DNA of 64,000 bases, from contig NC_043005.1 of assembly GCF_006345805.1 (NCBI RefSeq), positions 74,896,001 to 74,960,000 on the forward strand, written 5' to 3'. Shown here in pieces: positions 26,640 to 38,430 of this stretch; the stretch's first letter is position 1; each line of letters opens with the position of its first letter. The stretch comes from Octopus sinensis. Its lineage: Eukaryota. Under the pieces are notes generated by a model. The model had not been told where the DNA came from and ran no database searches. It saw only the letters and a program-made list of their open reading frames with translations. Both the position numbers and the translations under genes were made by a program.

Positions 26640-27025
26640 TCTTTTACTCTTTTACTTGTTTCAGTCATTTGGCTGCAGCCATGTTGGAGCACTGCCTTTA
26701 GTCAAGCAAATTGATCCCAGGACTTATTCTTTGTAAGCCTAGTACTTATTTTATCAGTCCCTTTCACCGAACCACTAAGTTACGGGGACGTAAGCACACC
26801 AGCATTGATTGTCAAGCAATGTTGGGGGTGAGAAATACAGACATACAAACACACACATACATATATACGATGGGCTTCTTTCAGTTTCTGTCAACCAAAT
26901 CCACTCACAAGGCTTTGGTCGACCTGAGGCTATAGTAGAAGACACTTGCCCAAGGTGCCATGCAGTGGGACTGAACCTGGAACCATGTGGTTGGTAAGCA
27001 AGCTACTTACCACACAGCCACTCTT
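26640..27025 (-). mobile_element. SINE family A copy
   Basis: Reverse complement of the 7526-7931 element. Confidence 0.8.
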
Positions 27026-27269
27026 GTGCTTCATTAAAAAAAATTGCTGATCTTGTGCTGAGAGAAGAAAGGATCATCACCCCACCACCCAGTGTAAGCT
27101 ATAGACACATAAGAGGTGCAGCAATATCAAAGTGAAGGTTAACTGGGAAGATAGTTTTTGTATGTGGCAGCTCAGGAGCAATAAACACTGAAAATGTGCA
27201 GAGAACAACTTCTGCTACATTCCAGGAAGAAAAACTAGAAAACTGCCACATTCTAGGAAGAAAAACTTG

Positions 27270-27880
27270 GTCACCTAGGTAACGGAAGCTATCAAGTAGT
27301 TGATAGCTTCCATTACCTAGGTGACCAAGTCAGTAGCAGGGGTAGGTGCACTGAGAGTGTAGCTGCTAGAATAAGAATAGCCCGGGCAAAGTTCAGAGAG
27401 CTCTTACTTCTGCTGGTGACAAAGGACCTCTCACTCAGAGTAAAAGGTAGACTGTATAATGCATATGTATGAATAGCCATGCTACATGGCAGTGAAACAT
27501 TGTCCGTGACTGCTGATGACATGCGTAAGCTTGCAAGGAATGAAGCCAGTATGCTTTGCTGAATGTGCAATGTCAGTGTGCATACTCAGACAGAGTGTAA
27601 GTACCTTGAGAGAAAAGTTGGCCCTAAGAAGCATCAGTTGTAGTGTGCAAGAGAGACGTTTGCGCTGGTATGATCATGTAGCGAGAATGGATGAGGATAG
27701 CTGTGTGAAAAAGTGCCACACCCTAGTGGTTGAGGGAACCTGTGGAAGAGGTAGACCCAGGAAGACCTGGGATGAGGTGGTGAAGCACGACCTTCGAACA
27801 TTGGGCCTCACCGAGGCAATGACTAGTGACCGAAACCTTTGGAAATATGCTGTGCTTGAGAAGACCTGGCAAGCCAAGTG
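27270..27880 (+). mobile_element. RTE-clade LINE ORF2 3' fragment
   Basis: SFHYLGD...RIRIARAKFRELL...LRWYDHVARMDEDSCVKKCHTLVVEGTCGRGRPRKTWDEVV. It continues into a family C-like 3' tail ending at (ATG)n near 28470. Confidence 0.85.
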
Positions 27881-28441
27881 AGACCATAACCCGTGGCCTA
27901 TGCGAGGGGTGTAACCAGCCCACTTATGCACACCTTTCCTTCATTGGACACTAAACTCTGCTTGCGAAGACCTGTTGAAGCAAATGAAATCAAAATCGAA
28001 ATCAAATTCAATGACTGGCATCTGTGCTAGTGGAGTGCTAAGAGCATCAACCAAGCGTGATCGTTGCCAGAGCAGCTAACTGGCTTCCATGCCGGTGGCA
28101 TGTAAAAAGCACCATATGAGCATGATCGTTACCAGCGTCGCCTTACAGGCACTTGAAAAAATATTTGTGCGAGGTCGTTGCCAGTGCCATTGGACTGGCT
28201 CCTATGCAGGTGACACATAAAAAAACACCATTTGAATGCGGCTGTTGCCAGAACTGCCTGACTGCCCCTTGTGCCAGTGGCATGTAAAAGCACCCACTGC
28301 AATCTCAGAGTGGTTGGCGTTAGGAAGGGCATCCAGCTGTAGAAACTCTGCCAGATCAGATTGGAGCCTGGTGCAGCCATTTGGTTCGTCAGTCCTCAGT
28401 CAAATCGTCCAACCCATGCCAGCATGGAAAGCGAATGTTAA

Positions 28442-28473
<32 letters not shown>

Positions 28474-28601
28474 ATATACTTGGAGAATAGTTTTCCTATG
28501 CAATATGTGGGAGTTAGCTTGGATCATAATCTCTTCTAATACATATACATACGTATGCATGTATGTGTGTATGTGTGTGTGTATGTGTGTTATTTGTGTA
28601 T

Positions 28602-28796
28602 TAAGGTTACCATTGGTTATATTAAGGAATACCTCAACAATTATCAAGCTTATCACATGGAAATATCAGTGTTCATTTCCATTTTGGATTAAAACATCAA
28701 CATTTAATCCAAAATGGAGACGAACATCAATTTTTCTGTGTGAGAGGCTTGATAATTGTTGAGGTATTTCTTAACATGAAACCAATGGTAGCCTTA
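28602..28796. mobile_element. Foldback MITE, about 195 bp, inverted over almost its whole length
   Basis: About 92-bp arms at roughly 80% complementarity around a 9-nt loop (TTTGGATTAAA ACATCAACA TTTAATCCAAA). Confidence 0.7.
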
Positions 28797-29120
28797 GCAC
28801 TTTATCCACTAATGCAATGTTGAGCGCTTATTCTCAATGTTTGATATTTACATAGACACACACACACATTTCATTTTTTTCTTAAATGAGTTTTAGATCT
28901 CTTAAATAGTTTGGTATCCAGTGGTGCCCATGAGGTGAGTTATTCCTTATCAGACACTAATCTGATATTTATTTCAGTGCTATGTATTCACATATACACA
29001 CACATGCATTTGCACATGCGCACACACACACACACACACACTCACATACTCAACAATGAACTAAGAAATTATATACTTACAGATGTACAAACAAACACAT
29101 TATGTATGTATATACATAAA

Positions 29121-29177
<57 letters not shown>

Positions 29178-29974
29178 CATATATCATCATCATCATCATT
29201 TAACGTCTACCTTCCATGCTGGCATGGGTGGGATGCACACATATGCACATGCCCTTCCTACATTATACACACAATACAATAATGAGTAACAGCTAATCAT
29301 TAAAATTCTTTGTGAAATTCCCCTGTAATTATGACAACATATTTACTGTAATCCCTGATAAATAAAAAAAAGGATATATTTTAGTGTATTTATAAATATA
29401 AATATATAGTTAAACACATTTGTGTGACACATATAGATTACAGCTGTCTCCCAAGTAATTGCTTTGATGTTTGTATTCATTCACCAGCACTAACACCAGT
29501 TATAAATAAGTACAATGGGGTACTTATTTCACGAAATAGCTCAGTTTAAAATGTATAATTTAATGCCGTATTTTCCAACATACAAGTTGACATGATATAA
29601 AGCGTGAACATACAGTGTAAACATGTAGTGTAAACATTCAAACATCATTACTCTCTATCTAAATAGTGTTGCATTTCAGGTGAAATTTTCAGTCCTGCAA
29701 TGATGCCATGATGTATAAATTGACCTACTTTTCTTGAATATGTATTTTGGTCTAAAAAAATTTTACCGGCTAGAAATATCAACCAAATTCCTTCAAATCG
29801 CATATTTTTTTTTCTAAACCATAATCATTGCTCACAGGCCATTGTAACAACCTAGTAACATGAATCATGTTTTTGCTAATTGTTTGGTGTCTATGAAGTA
29901 ATGTGTGGGTAGATGTCCTTGTGGCTTTTCATCTTTGATCCTGTGGAACATTGAGGATATGACTACTAGGGTGA

Positions 29975-30290
29975 GAAAGAACAGGAAATTGAAAGGAGAG
30001 GGAGAGAGGAAGGGAGAGCAAGATAAAGAGAGGAGATGGAGAGATGGAGAGAGAGGAAGAACAAGAGAGATAGAAAGAGAGAGAAAGGGAGAGACAGCAA
30101 GAAAAAGAGAGATAGGAAAAAGAGAAAGAGAGAGAAAGAGAAATAGAAATAGAGAGAGAAAGAGAAAGAGAGAGGGGAAGCAAGAGAGAGAGAAAGGGAG
30201 AGAGAGCAAGAAAGAGAGAGATAGGAAAAAGAGAAAGAAAGAGAAAGAGAAAGAGAGAGAGAAAATAGAGAGAGAGAGAGAGAGAGAGAA
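29975..30290. repeat. Degenerate (GA)-rich microsatellite
   Basis: Purine-only GAGA/GAAA tract. Confidence 0.9.
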
Positions 30291-30589
30291 CTGCCTTGTT
30301 CTAAGACACAATGTACCACCATATCCCTGGAATTGAATCTCATGGCTGTGTGTTCAACATCCTAACCAGTATGTCAAGCGTTTCTTTTACAAACCATATC
30401 AGGTCGTCTTGTCAAAGGAAAGACATGGTTGACAATATAGTCTTAGATATACAAACATTTGTGTTGGCCACTACTGGAATACCTTCAACCACTGGTTTAT
30501 TTGATGAAGAGTGATCTGAGATTAAACATCAGAAACCAATCAAAACACACTCCTCCAGAGTCATATCCCAATGATGATCATATTCAACG

Positions 30590-31045
30590 CAAAAAATCAT
30601 GTAAAAGAATTGCCAAAACAATCACAGTAATGAAAACATAGGAATCCAAAATTTCAGGATCGCAGGTCCAGATTCGGCCCAGAATGTTTTCAATTTACTC
30701 ATTGAGTTAGCCTTTAGATTATAAGTATTGTTACATACAAAAAAATTTGTCATGAAAAGTCATGTAAAAAAAATTGCCGAAAACAATAACAGTAATGAAA
30801 AGTTGGAAATCCAAAATTTCAGGATCACAGGTTTAAATTCGTCATCAAATGTTTTTAATTTACTCACAGAGTTAGCCTTTAGATTATGAAAATTATTATC
30901 ATGCAAAAAAATAGGTCACAAAAAGTCATGTAAAAGAATCGCTGTAAACAATTACAGTAACAAAAACTAGGGAATCCAAAATTTCAGGAGTGTGGGTCCA
31001 GATTCGGTCTGGAATGCTTTTAATTTACTCCCAGAGTCAGCCTGA
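30590..31045. repeat. Tandem repeat, about 165-bp unit, about 2.7 copies
   Basis: TCATGTAAAA...ACAGTAA...AATCCAAAATTTCAGGA...AATTTACTC recurs near 30592, 30755 and 30921. Confidence 0.85.
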
Positions 31046-31150
31046 TTCAAAATGGTATGATATGTTGGGCTATGGCCTCTAGGAGTAAAGTTGAGACAGT
31101 GCAACACACTGACATTCACATTTATCATATTATACTAATATTATATTATA

Positions 31151-31450
31151 TCTTTATATATAAAAGTGAAGTTGTGTGTCTGTCTTCTACGATTTAGATT
31201 CTTAACTACTCCCACATTTTGCGGTGCAGTGTAACCAAAAGCGGGTATCTTATAGTCGTGATTCATATCGAGCCCTTCTGGGTATTAGCGCGCGTCTACG
31301 ATGAGTCTACGATTTAAAAAAAATTTACCATCATTTTTTCCCCATTTTTAATGCATTTTTTTTGCTATTATATAAGGGAAGTAACTCTCTAAAAATGCTT
31401 ATATAGTTATTTCCCTCACAAACCCGAGCAACGCCGGGCGATACTGCTAG
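31151..31450 (+). mobile_element. Non-autonomous Helitron, 300 bp
   Basis: A|TCTTTATATATAAAAGTGAAGTTG ... CCCGAGCAACGCCGGGCGATACTGCTAG|T, with a subterminal GC-rich hairpin-like segment. Confidence 0.8.
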
Positions 31451-31880
31451 TATATATATATATATACATGACCGGCTTCTTTCAGTTTCCGTCTACCAAA
31501 TCAACTCACAAGGCTTTGGTCAGCCCGAGGCTATAGTAGAAGACACTTGCCCAAGGTGCCATGCAGTGGGACTGAATTCGAAGCCACTTCTTACCACACA
31601 GCCACTCCTGCACCCATTTGTTTACAATGCCTATCTTACTCTTAGAGGGGTTGACCCTTTAGCATTCAAATTATTCTGTCAAATGTAACACTTATTTATT
31701 CACATTGTTTTGAATTTATCATGCATTATCTCATAGCTTTGAGATTTCAATGATGTGATTGTTTATTTTTAGAATGACATAGTAGGGTAGGTGTGAGAGG
31801 CCAGACCTGGCCAGTTTGAACATAAAACAAGTACAATATTTTGATTAGATATGGCTGGTTTAAGAGAAAAAAAGGGTTAA

Positions 31881-32108
31881 TCAGCTTCCACTTTCTAGTT
31901 CAAATAGTGATTCATCTATAAGAACAAGGTCATCAGCATAGAGAAGCTCCCAAGGGCAGCCAGTTTTCAATTCCACTATAATGGCCTGGAGGATTATGAT
32001 GAACAAGAGGGGTCTGAAAACCAATTCTTGGTGAACTCCTACTTGTACCCTGAATTCATCTCTATACTCATTGCCAACCTTCACCTTACTGATAGCATCC
32101 CTGTACAT
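31881..32108 (-). mobile_element. RTE-like reverse transcriptase fragment
   Basis: EFRVQVGVHQ...PLLFIII...CPWELLYADDLVLI. Confidence 0.8.
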
Positions 32109-32627
32109 GGCTTATACATCTTTCACCAACCACTCATCAGTCCCTAGCTTCTGCACTGACCACCAGATGAGGGAACAGGGGTATATACATACATACATAT
32201 CATCATCATCATCATCATCGTTTAGCGTCCGCTTTCCATGCTGGCATGGGTTGGACGGTTCAACTGGGTTCTGGGAAGCCAGAAGGCTGCACCAGGCCCA
32301 GTCTGATCTGGCAATGTTTCTACAGCTGGATGTCCTTCCTAATGCCAACCACTCCATGAGTGTAGTGGGTGCTTTTTACATGCCACCGGCACAGGTGCCA
32401 GACGAGGTTGGCAAACGGCCACGATTGGATGGTGCTTTTTAAATGCCACCGGCACAGAGGCCAGGTGAGGCTGGCAAATGGCCACGATCGGATGGTGCTT
32501 TTTACGTGCCACTGGCACGGAGGCTAGATATATATATATATTGTATCATGTTTTATGTGTGTGTTTTAGCTATAGCCATATGCAACATATATAAACTTTC
32601 TCTATAGCTTCTCATTCTGTTTTCCAG

Positions 32628-33046
32628 GAAAATCAAAATACATAAGTGCATGCTACTACACCAACTGGTCTCCAGTGAAGCAGGAAGCAAAAGCTCGTTT
32701 ATTTCCTGAGGATTTGCCTGGCAACTTGTGTACGCATCTTGTGTATGCGTTTGTCAAAATCAAAGATGACTTATCCATATATACATCAGAAGAAAAAGAT
32801 CTTACTGGTAATTATGAGAAGTTTAATGCACTTAAGAAACAGTACAATACCGTTACATTGCTTTCAGTCGGTGGAGAAGCTGCTGAAAACAGACACTTTG
32901 AAATGGTATCAGCAACAGTGGAAAATCGAACAAAATTTACCGATAATATTATTACTTATGTACGGAGGTACAATTTTGATGGAATTGATATTGACTGGGA
33001 ATATCCAAATTCTTTTACAAGACACAACTTCACTTTGCTTCTAAAG
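32628..33046 (+). CDS. GH18 chitinase coding exon 2 (contains catalytic FDGIDIDWEYP)
   Basis: TTTCCAG acceptor. Encodes KSKYISACYYTNWS...CTHLVYAF...LLSVGG...FDGIDIDWEYP...FTLLLK. GTAAGG donor at 33047. Confidence 0.95.
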
Positions 33047-33634
33047 GTAAGGAGTCTTTCTCATTTCTTTCATCTTAACTGCTGCATAGTTACTTATTCT
33101 ATTGGTCTCTTTTGATGAACCACTAAGTTATGACAGTGTAAACAAACCAGCTCCAGTTGTGAAGTAGTGGTAGAGTGAACTGGTACTTCTTAGGTTAGGA
33201 TGAAGTGAGAGTTCCAGGATCTGGGCAACAGAACAGACTGCTCATGAAATTAATGTGGAAGTGGTTGAGCACTCCATGGGCACATGCATCCTTAACATCA
33301 GAAAGAGTATGTAACCATAGAATATTGACTCAAGAAACCCATGCCAGTGTGAAAAAAGCTGACATTAAAGCAAATCAAGCTCTATTTTTTTCCCATCAAT
33401 AAATAAATGGAAATTTGCTATGGAGTGAGTGGATTGCAAGAGAAGAACTCTTGTTGTCAAGCAGGCATTTCAGCTTTTAGTAGCAGAGGCTCTAAAGGAG
33501 CCAGGTCCATCTTGGTCATGATTCCTAAATGTCATGTTGCTGTTTATGAAATACTGCCTTTAGTGGAACTTGAAAATGGATCCTTTGGCTGATCTTATTT
33601 CCATGAACTGTGGTGCATATTGCTCAGCCACATA

Positions 33635-34144
33635 CCGTAAATCCTCAAGTATAGTCCACCCTTGAGTATAATATGCAGGGGATTTTTAGGGGGCTGTACC
33701 TCTGAAAACCTAAACCTTGTGTATAATACGCACCCCTTCTCTAACTTGAGTCAAGAAGGTCTATATAACGTCCAGGGTTTGTAAAACTGTATACGGTAAC
33801 GTCCTGTATTATTATTGTATATATAACATAATGCAAACGTATAGCTTTTTTGTGCATTTTGTTTGCAGAAAATATAGAAATAACAGTAATAACGTTTAAT
33901 AAATGTTGCTTATTGCAAGTTATGGATGATTCTTTTATGACTTCATTGCTTTCAGGCTTAGCTTAAAGTATTTTCACGCCCGGCATCCCAAAATGCATCT
34001 GAATAAACATTGCCGGACAGCAAATAGAGACTCAGACATTGCTTAGAAAATAATTTTCATTTTTAACCTCGTATATAGTACGCACTAAAGACTTTGACCT
34101 TTAAATTTTAGGGGAAAATGCAGATTATACTCGAGGATTTATGG
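33635..34144. mobile_element. Tc2/pogo-like MITE, second copy
   Basis: Same TIRs and internal sequence as 11570-12081, with TA on both sides. Confidence 0.8.
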
Positions 34145-35102
34145 TAGACCACCACAAGAACTTGCACTGTGGATTTGTTTCTAACTGGGTTTTCTTCCAA
34201 CTATGTTTATTAGTTTACAGTCTTTCTTTTCAGCTTCAGCAATCATCTCTCTTTGCCTGTATCCACATTGAGCCTTTCTCAGTTGTTCCTAACAGGCATT
34301 TCATTGCCACTGTTCTTTTGCTTCAGTAATATAAGTTATGATTGAGCAACATTGACTTTGATGTATGACTGTGTCTGCACCAATAAATTTAGTTATAGAT
34401 GCAACAACCCTTAGTGTCTATGTAGCTGTTCATAAGACCTGGTCAATATCTGTATGGACATCCACACTGGACTGTGTGAGCAGATCCATATGAATGTATG
34501 ACAGCTAATTTAGAATTTGTTTGCATGTCGTTGTTATTAAGCAACAAGACAGGTAAGGGTGATTAGGTGATGTCTAGAGCTTAGGGGTGGGAGACCCCAG
34601 ACCTTGGAAAAAAAAAACTTTGGTTGTCTTGTTGTAGTCGAGGGCTCTTCGTTGACGTCTGACACCACTGGGAGGTGGCCCTCGAAATCGCTGGAAATGG
34701 AGATCTCCAGGTCCAAATTCTTGGACGGCTGTCTGCATGTCTGTATGTATGTGTAGATAGATGAAGGGTACCATTGTTCTCTCCAAATTTTGTGCACTAT
34801 GTGTACATACATGTTTTGTTGTCAGTACATAAGAAATTAAAATGTGCATGAAAGATAAGCTACTTAAAATGATGAAGCAATTAATAATTATACTTATCAT
34901 ACACTGATCGTGCACATACTTTTGTCACAGGAAAAAAGAATTGTGCCCCATAAGATTCCAGTACATGCTGACAACTAAAAATTAACACCAACTCTGTCAA
35001 GTGTCATTAATCTTAGACTCTGTGATTTTGAAATAAATGTTTGTTTCAGTTGCTTGCTTGAAAAAAATATTTTTAAGAATGTTTTTTTTCTAATTTCTTA
35101 AG

Positions 35103-35227
35103 ACATTAAGAGATTCTATTGAGAAAGAAGTAGAAAAATCAAAGAGAAACAAATTGGTATTATCAGCTGCTGTTGGCGTTGGTAAACAACGTATCACAAA
35201 TGGTTATGAAGTGGATAAAGTCTCTAA
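35103..35227 (+). CDS. GH18 chitinase coding exon 3
   Basis: AG at 35101-35102. Encodes TLRDSIEKEVEKSKRNKLVLSAAVGVGKQRITNGYEVDKVS. GTAAGT donor at 35228. Phases 0/2 are consistent. Too short for the ORF track. Confidence 0.92.
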
Positions 35228-35370
35228 GTAAGTTTTTATCATTGCCTTTTTATATTTTAATTAAACATGTCACTAGTCTTTTACTTTTTTGTTTTTAAGT
35301 TAGTCAAAGAAAGTGTCAGTCACATTTGCCTCCAAGACTTATGAGATTAATGTGATTGATGTTTGTATTT

Positions 35371-35402
<32 letters not shown>

Positions 35403-36562
35403 TTAATGTCCGCTTTCCATGCTAGCATGGGTTGGACGATTTGACTGAGGACTGGCAAACCAGATGGATATGCCAATCTCCAATCTGATCTGGCAGAATT
35501 TCTACAGCTGGATGCCCTTCCTAACGCCAACCACTCCGAGAGTGTAGTGGGTGCTTTTACGTGCCACTAGTGCGAGGGCCAGTCTGGCGGTACTGGCAAT
35601 GGCCATGCTCGAAATGGTGTTTTTTATGTGCCACCTGCACAGGAGTCAGTCCAGCGGCACTGGCAATGACCTCGCTTGAATGTTTTGTTCACGTGCCAGT
35701 AAGGCGACGCTGGTAACGATCACACTCAAATGGTGCTTTTTAGGTACCCACCGGCATGGAAGCCAGACAGCTGCTCTGGCAGTGATCCTGCTTGGATGGA
35801 GCTGTCAGCGCTCCACTGGCACGGGTGCCAGTCATCGAATTTGGTTCAATTTTGATAATAGAAAAGAAAACACAATGAAATTCTAAAGTATGGCAGTTTT
35901 GGAAAGGAAAGTTTGAGTTAATGCTTAGTTCCGAAGTAGGAGTGATGAGAAGAGGAGAGACAGATTTTAAATGGGAATGGATTGAGAAGATAAGCATTTA
36001 GCTAGGTCAGAGGAACTGAAACCATTTTTGTGATAAAAGAAGCAATGGCTTGTATGTGAGCAAGTGATGGTGCAATCTTACAGCATGAACATACTGAACA
36101 GTTACCTGGGGGCCTCACAGATCTAGGGTCCTAATTCTAATCTATATATACTATGGCTTGGTATCACTAAATAAATACTATAGGGCTCAGTAATTTGATT
36201 CCCTTGGGGACCTAAAATGCTTCTAAGATGGCCCTGGCTAGTGACCGAAATATTTTGGTGAATCTGTAATTATCGATGTGAGATGGAGTAAGCAGTGTTG
36301 TCTGTGTGTACATGATGGTAAAACTTGCCTTGTAGAGATAAATCTTTTGGGATTTGGAAGAATTTTGAAAGTAAGGAGGCTGCAGATGTAGATTTTAATT
36401 TCACCAGAAATGCTACTAATAGAGATATCTAGATTAGGAAGTAGTGGATTGAAAGGAATCTGCCCCCATGACTCTTCTTGGATAAGTGGGGAAAAAAGAG
36501 ATGAGATGAAATTCTTCGTATGCATGTGACAAACTGAATATTTTTTTGTTTTTATATTTTAG

Positions 36563-36686
36563 ATATGTAGACTTTCTGAATGTGATGGCTTATGATTTTC
36601 ATGGTAGTTGGAACAAAATAACAGGATTTAAAAGTCCTCTCTATGCTCGAAAAAACGATTTGAGATACGAAAAGGAACTCAGTCAG
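36563..36686 (+). CDS. GH18 chitinase coding exon 4 (motif MAYDFHGSW)
   Basis: TTTTAG acceptor. Encodes YVDFLNVMAYDFHGSWNKITGFKSPLYARKNDLRYEKELSQ. GT donor at 36687. Confidence 0.95.
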
Positions 36687-37050
36687 GTGGGTGTTTTATC
36701 AAATTTAAACTGAATCATTTCCTTTTATTTCATTTACGATTTTCTGTATCATGTGGAAACTCGTATGGTGCCATGTAAAAGCATCGATCCTGAAATTACA
36801 TAAAGTAAAGCATACTTCTTAATCACTTGGTCATGCCAGTACATTTGTCTTTAACTTGTTTCAGTCTTTGGATTGTGGCCATGCTGGGGCACTATCAAAC
36901 AAACTGACCCCAATGCTTATTTCTTTCAAACCTGCCACTTATTCTATTGGTCATTTTTTGCTGAACCATTAAGTGATGGGAGACAAACCAACATAGTTTG
37001 TCAGACAGTGGTGGGACAGACACACACACGGACACACACACACACACACA

Positions 37051-37081
<31 letters not shown>

Positions 37082-37594
37082 TACACACACACACAACACA
37101 CACACACATATACATGCATGCACACGATGGGCTTCCTTCACTTTCTGCCTACCACATCCACTCACAAATCTTTGGTTGTCCTGTGTCTATTGTGGAAGAC
37201 ATTTGCACAAGGTGCCACACAATGGGACTGAACCTGGAATCATGTGCACCTATTTATATATATCTCAAAATTTAATTTCAATAAAGAATATAATAAAATA
37301 AAACAAAAAATCTCACAAAGTTTCACCATCAAGTATTTGACTTTATTGTTTATTCTCTTTTCTTTTACTTGTTTCAGTCAGTTGGCTTTGGCCATGCTGG
37401 AGCACTGCCTTGAAATTTTTTTAAAAATCAAACAAATCAACTCCAGGACTTATTGTTTAAGCCTAGTACTTATTCTAGTGGTCTCTTTTACTGAACTACA
37501 AAGTTACGGGAATGTAAATGCACCAACACTGGTTGTCAAATGGTGATGGCAGGGGTGGAGACACAAAGACACACACAATACATGCATACATATA

Positions 37595-37680
<86 letters not shown>

Positions 37681-38077
37681 CATCGCCTTACCGGCACCTG
37701 TGCCGGTGGCATGTCTAAAAAATTCGAGCGAGGTCGTTGCCAGTACTGCCTGACTGGCCCCGTACCGGTGGCACGTAAAAGCACCCACTACACTCTCGGA
37801 GTGGTTGGTATTAGGAAGGGCATCCAGCTGTAGAAACTCTGCCAGGTGCAGCCATCTAGTTCGCCAGCCCTCAGTCATTCATCCAGCCCATGCTAGCATG
37901 GTAAGCGGATGTTAAACGATAATTATGATATATATATATATATATTTATATACACATTTAAAGAAAATTTAGAAAATGGAGATGTAGCATTAATATAATT
38001 TATCATCTGCAAAAATACAACATATTCACTTAAGGCTGTTTCAATTTAGCCTAAAAGATTACAATAATTAAATCATC

Positions 38078-38189
38078 AGAGGGGTAGACAAGATATACTG
38101 TTAGGTTAATAGGAGTTATGTTGAGTCTGCTGAGATGATTTGAAAACACAACACCTAATAACATAATGGTATATCTTTTCTACCCCTCT
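38078..38189. mobile_element. Small MITE, about 110 bp
   Basis: TIRs AGAGGGGTAGACAAGATATAC / GTATATCTTTTCTACCCCTCT. Confidence 0.6.
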
Positions 38190-38430
38190 AATGAGATTTT
38201 GCCTAATACAATGATTTAATTACGGTGATGTACTTGCATAGCAAGTGATTTGATCTGAGATCGTGTGCTGAAACGAAAACAATTGCAGCGTGGAAGGTGT
38301 TTGTAAGCCATTTAAGAAACACACAAAAGCCGTTTGATTCACTTCAACATTTAAGTTTAATTTGTCGAAATATTTTCGTCGCTTTAAGACCGCGACCTGT
38401 TCACTGACAAAAATCCGTGCTACAGCATTA

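Noticed and set aside
29865-30343. Arg/Glu/Lys-rich and Leu/Ser-rich ORFs
   Set aside because: Translations of a (GA)n tract.
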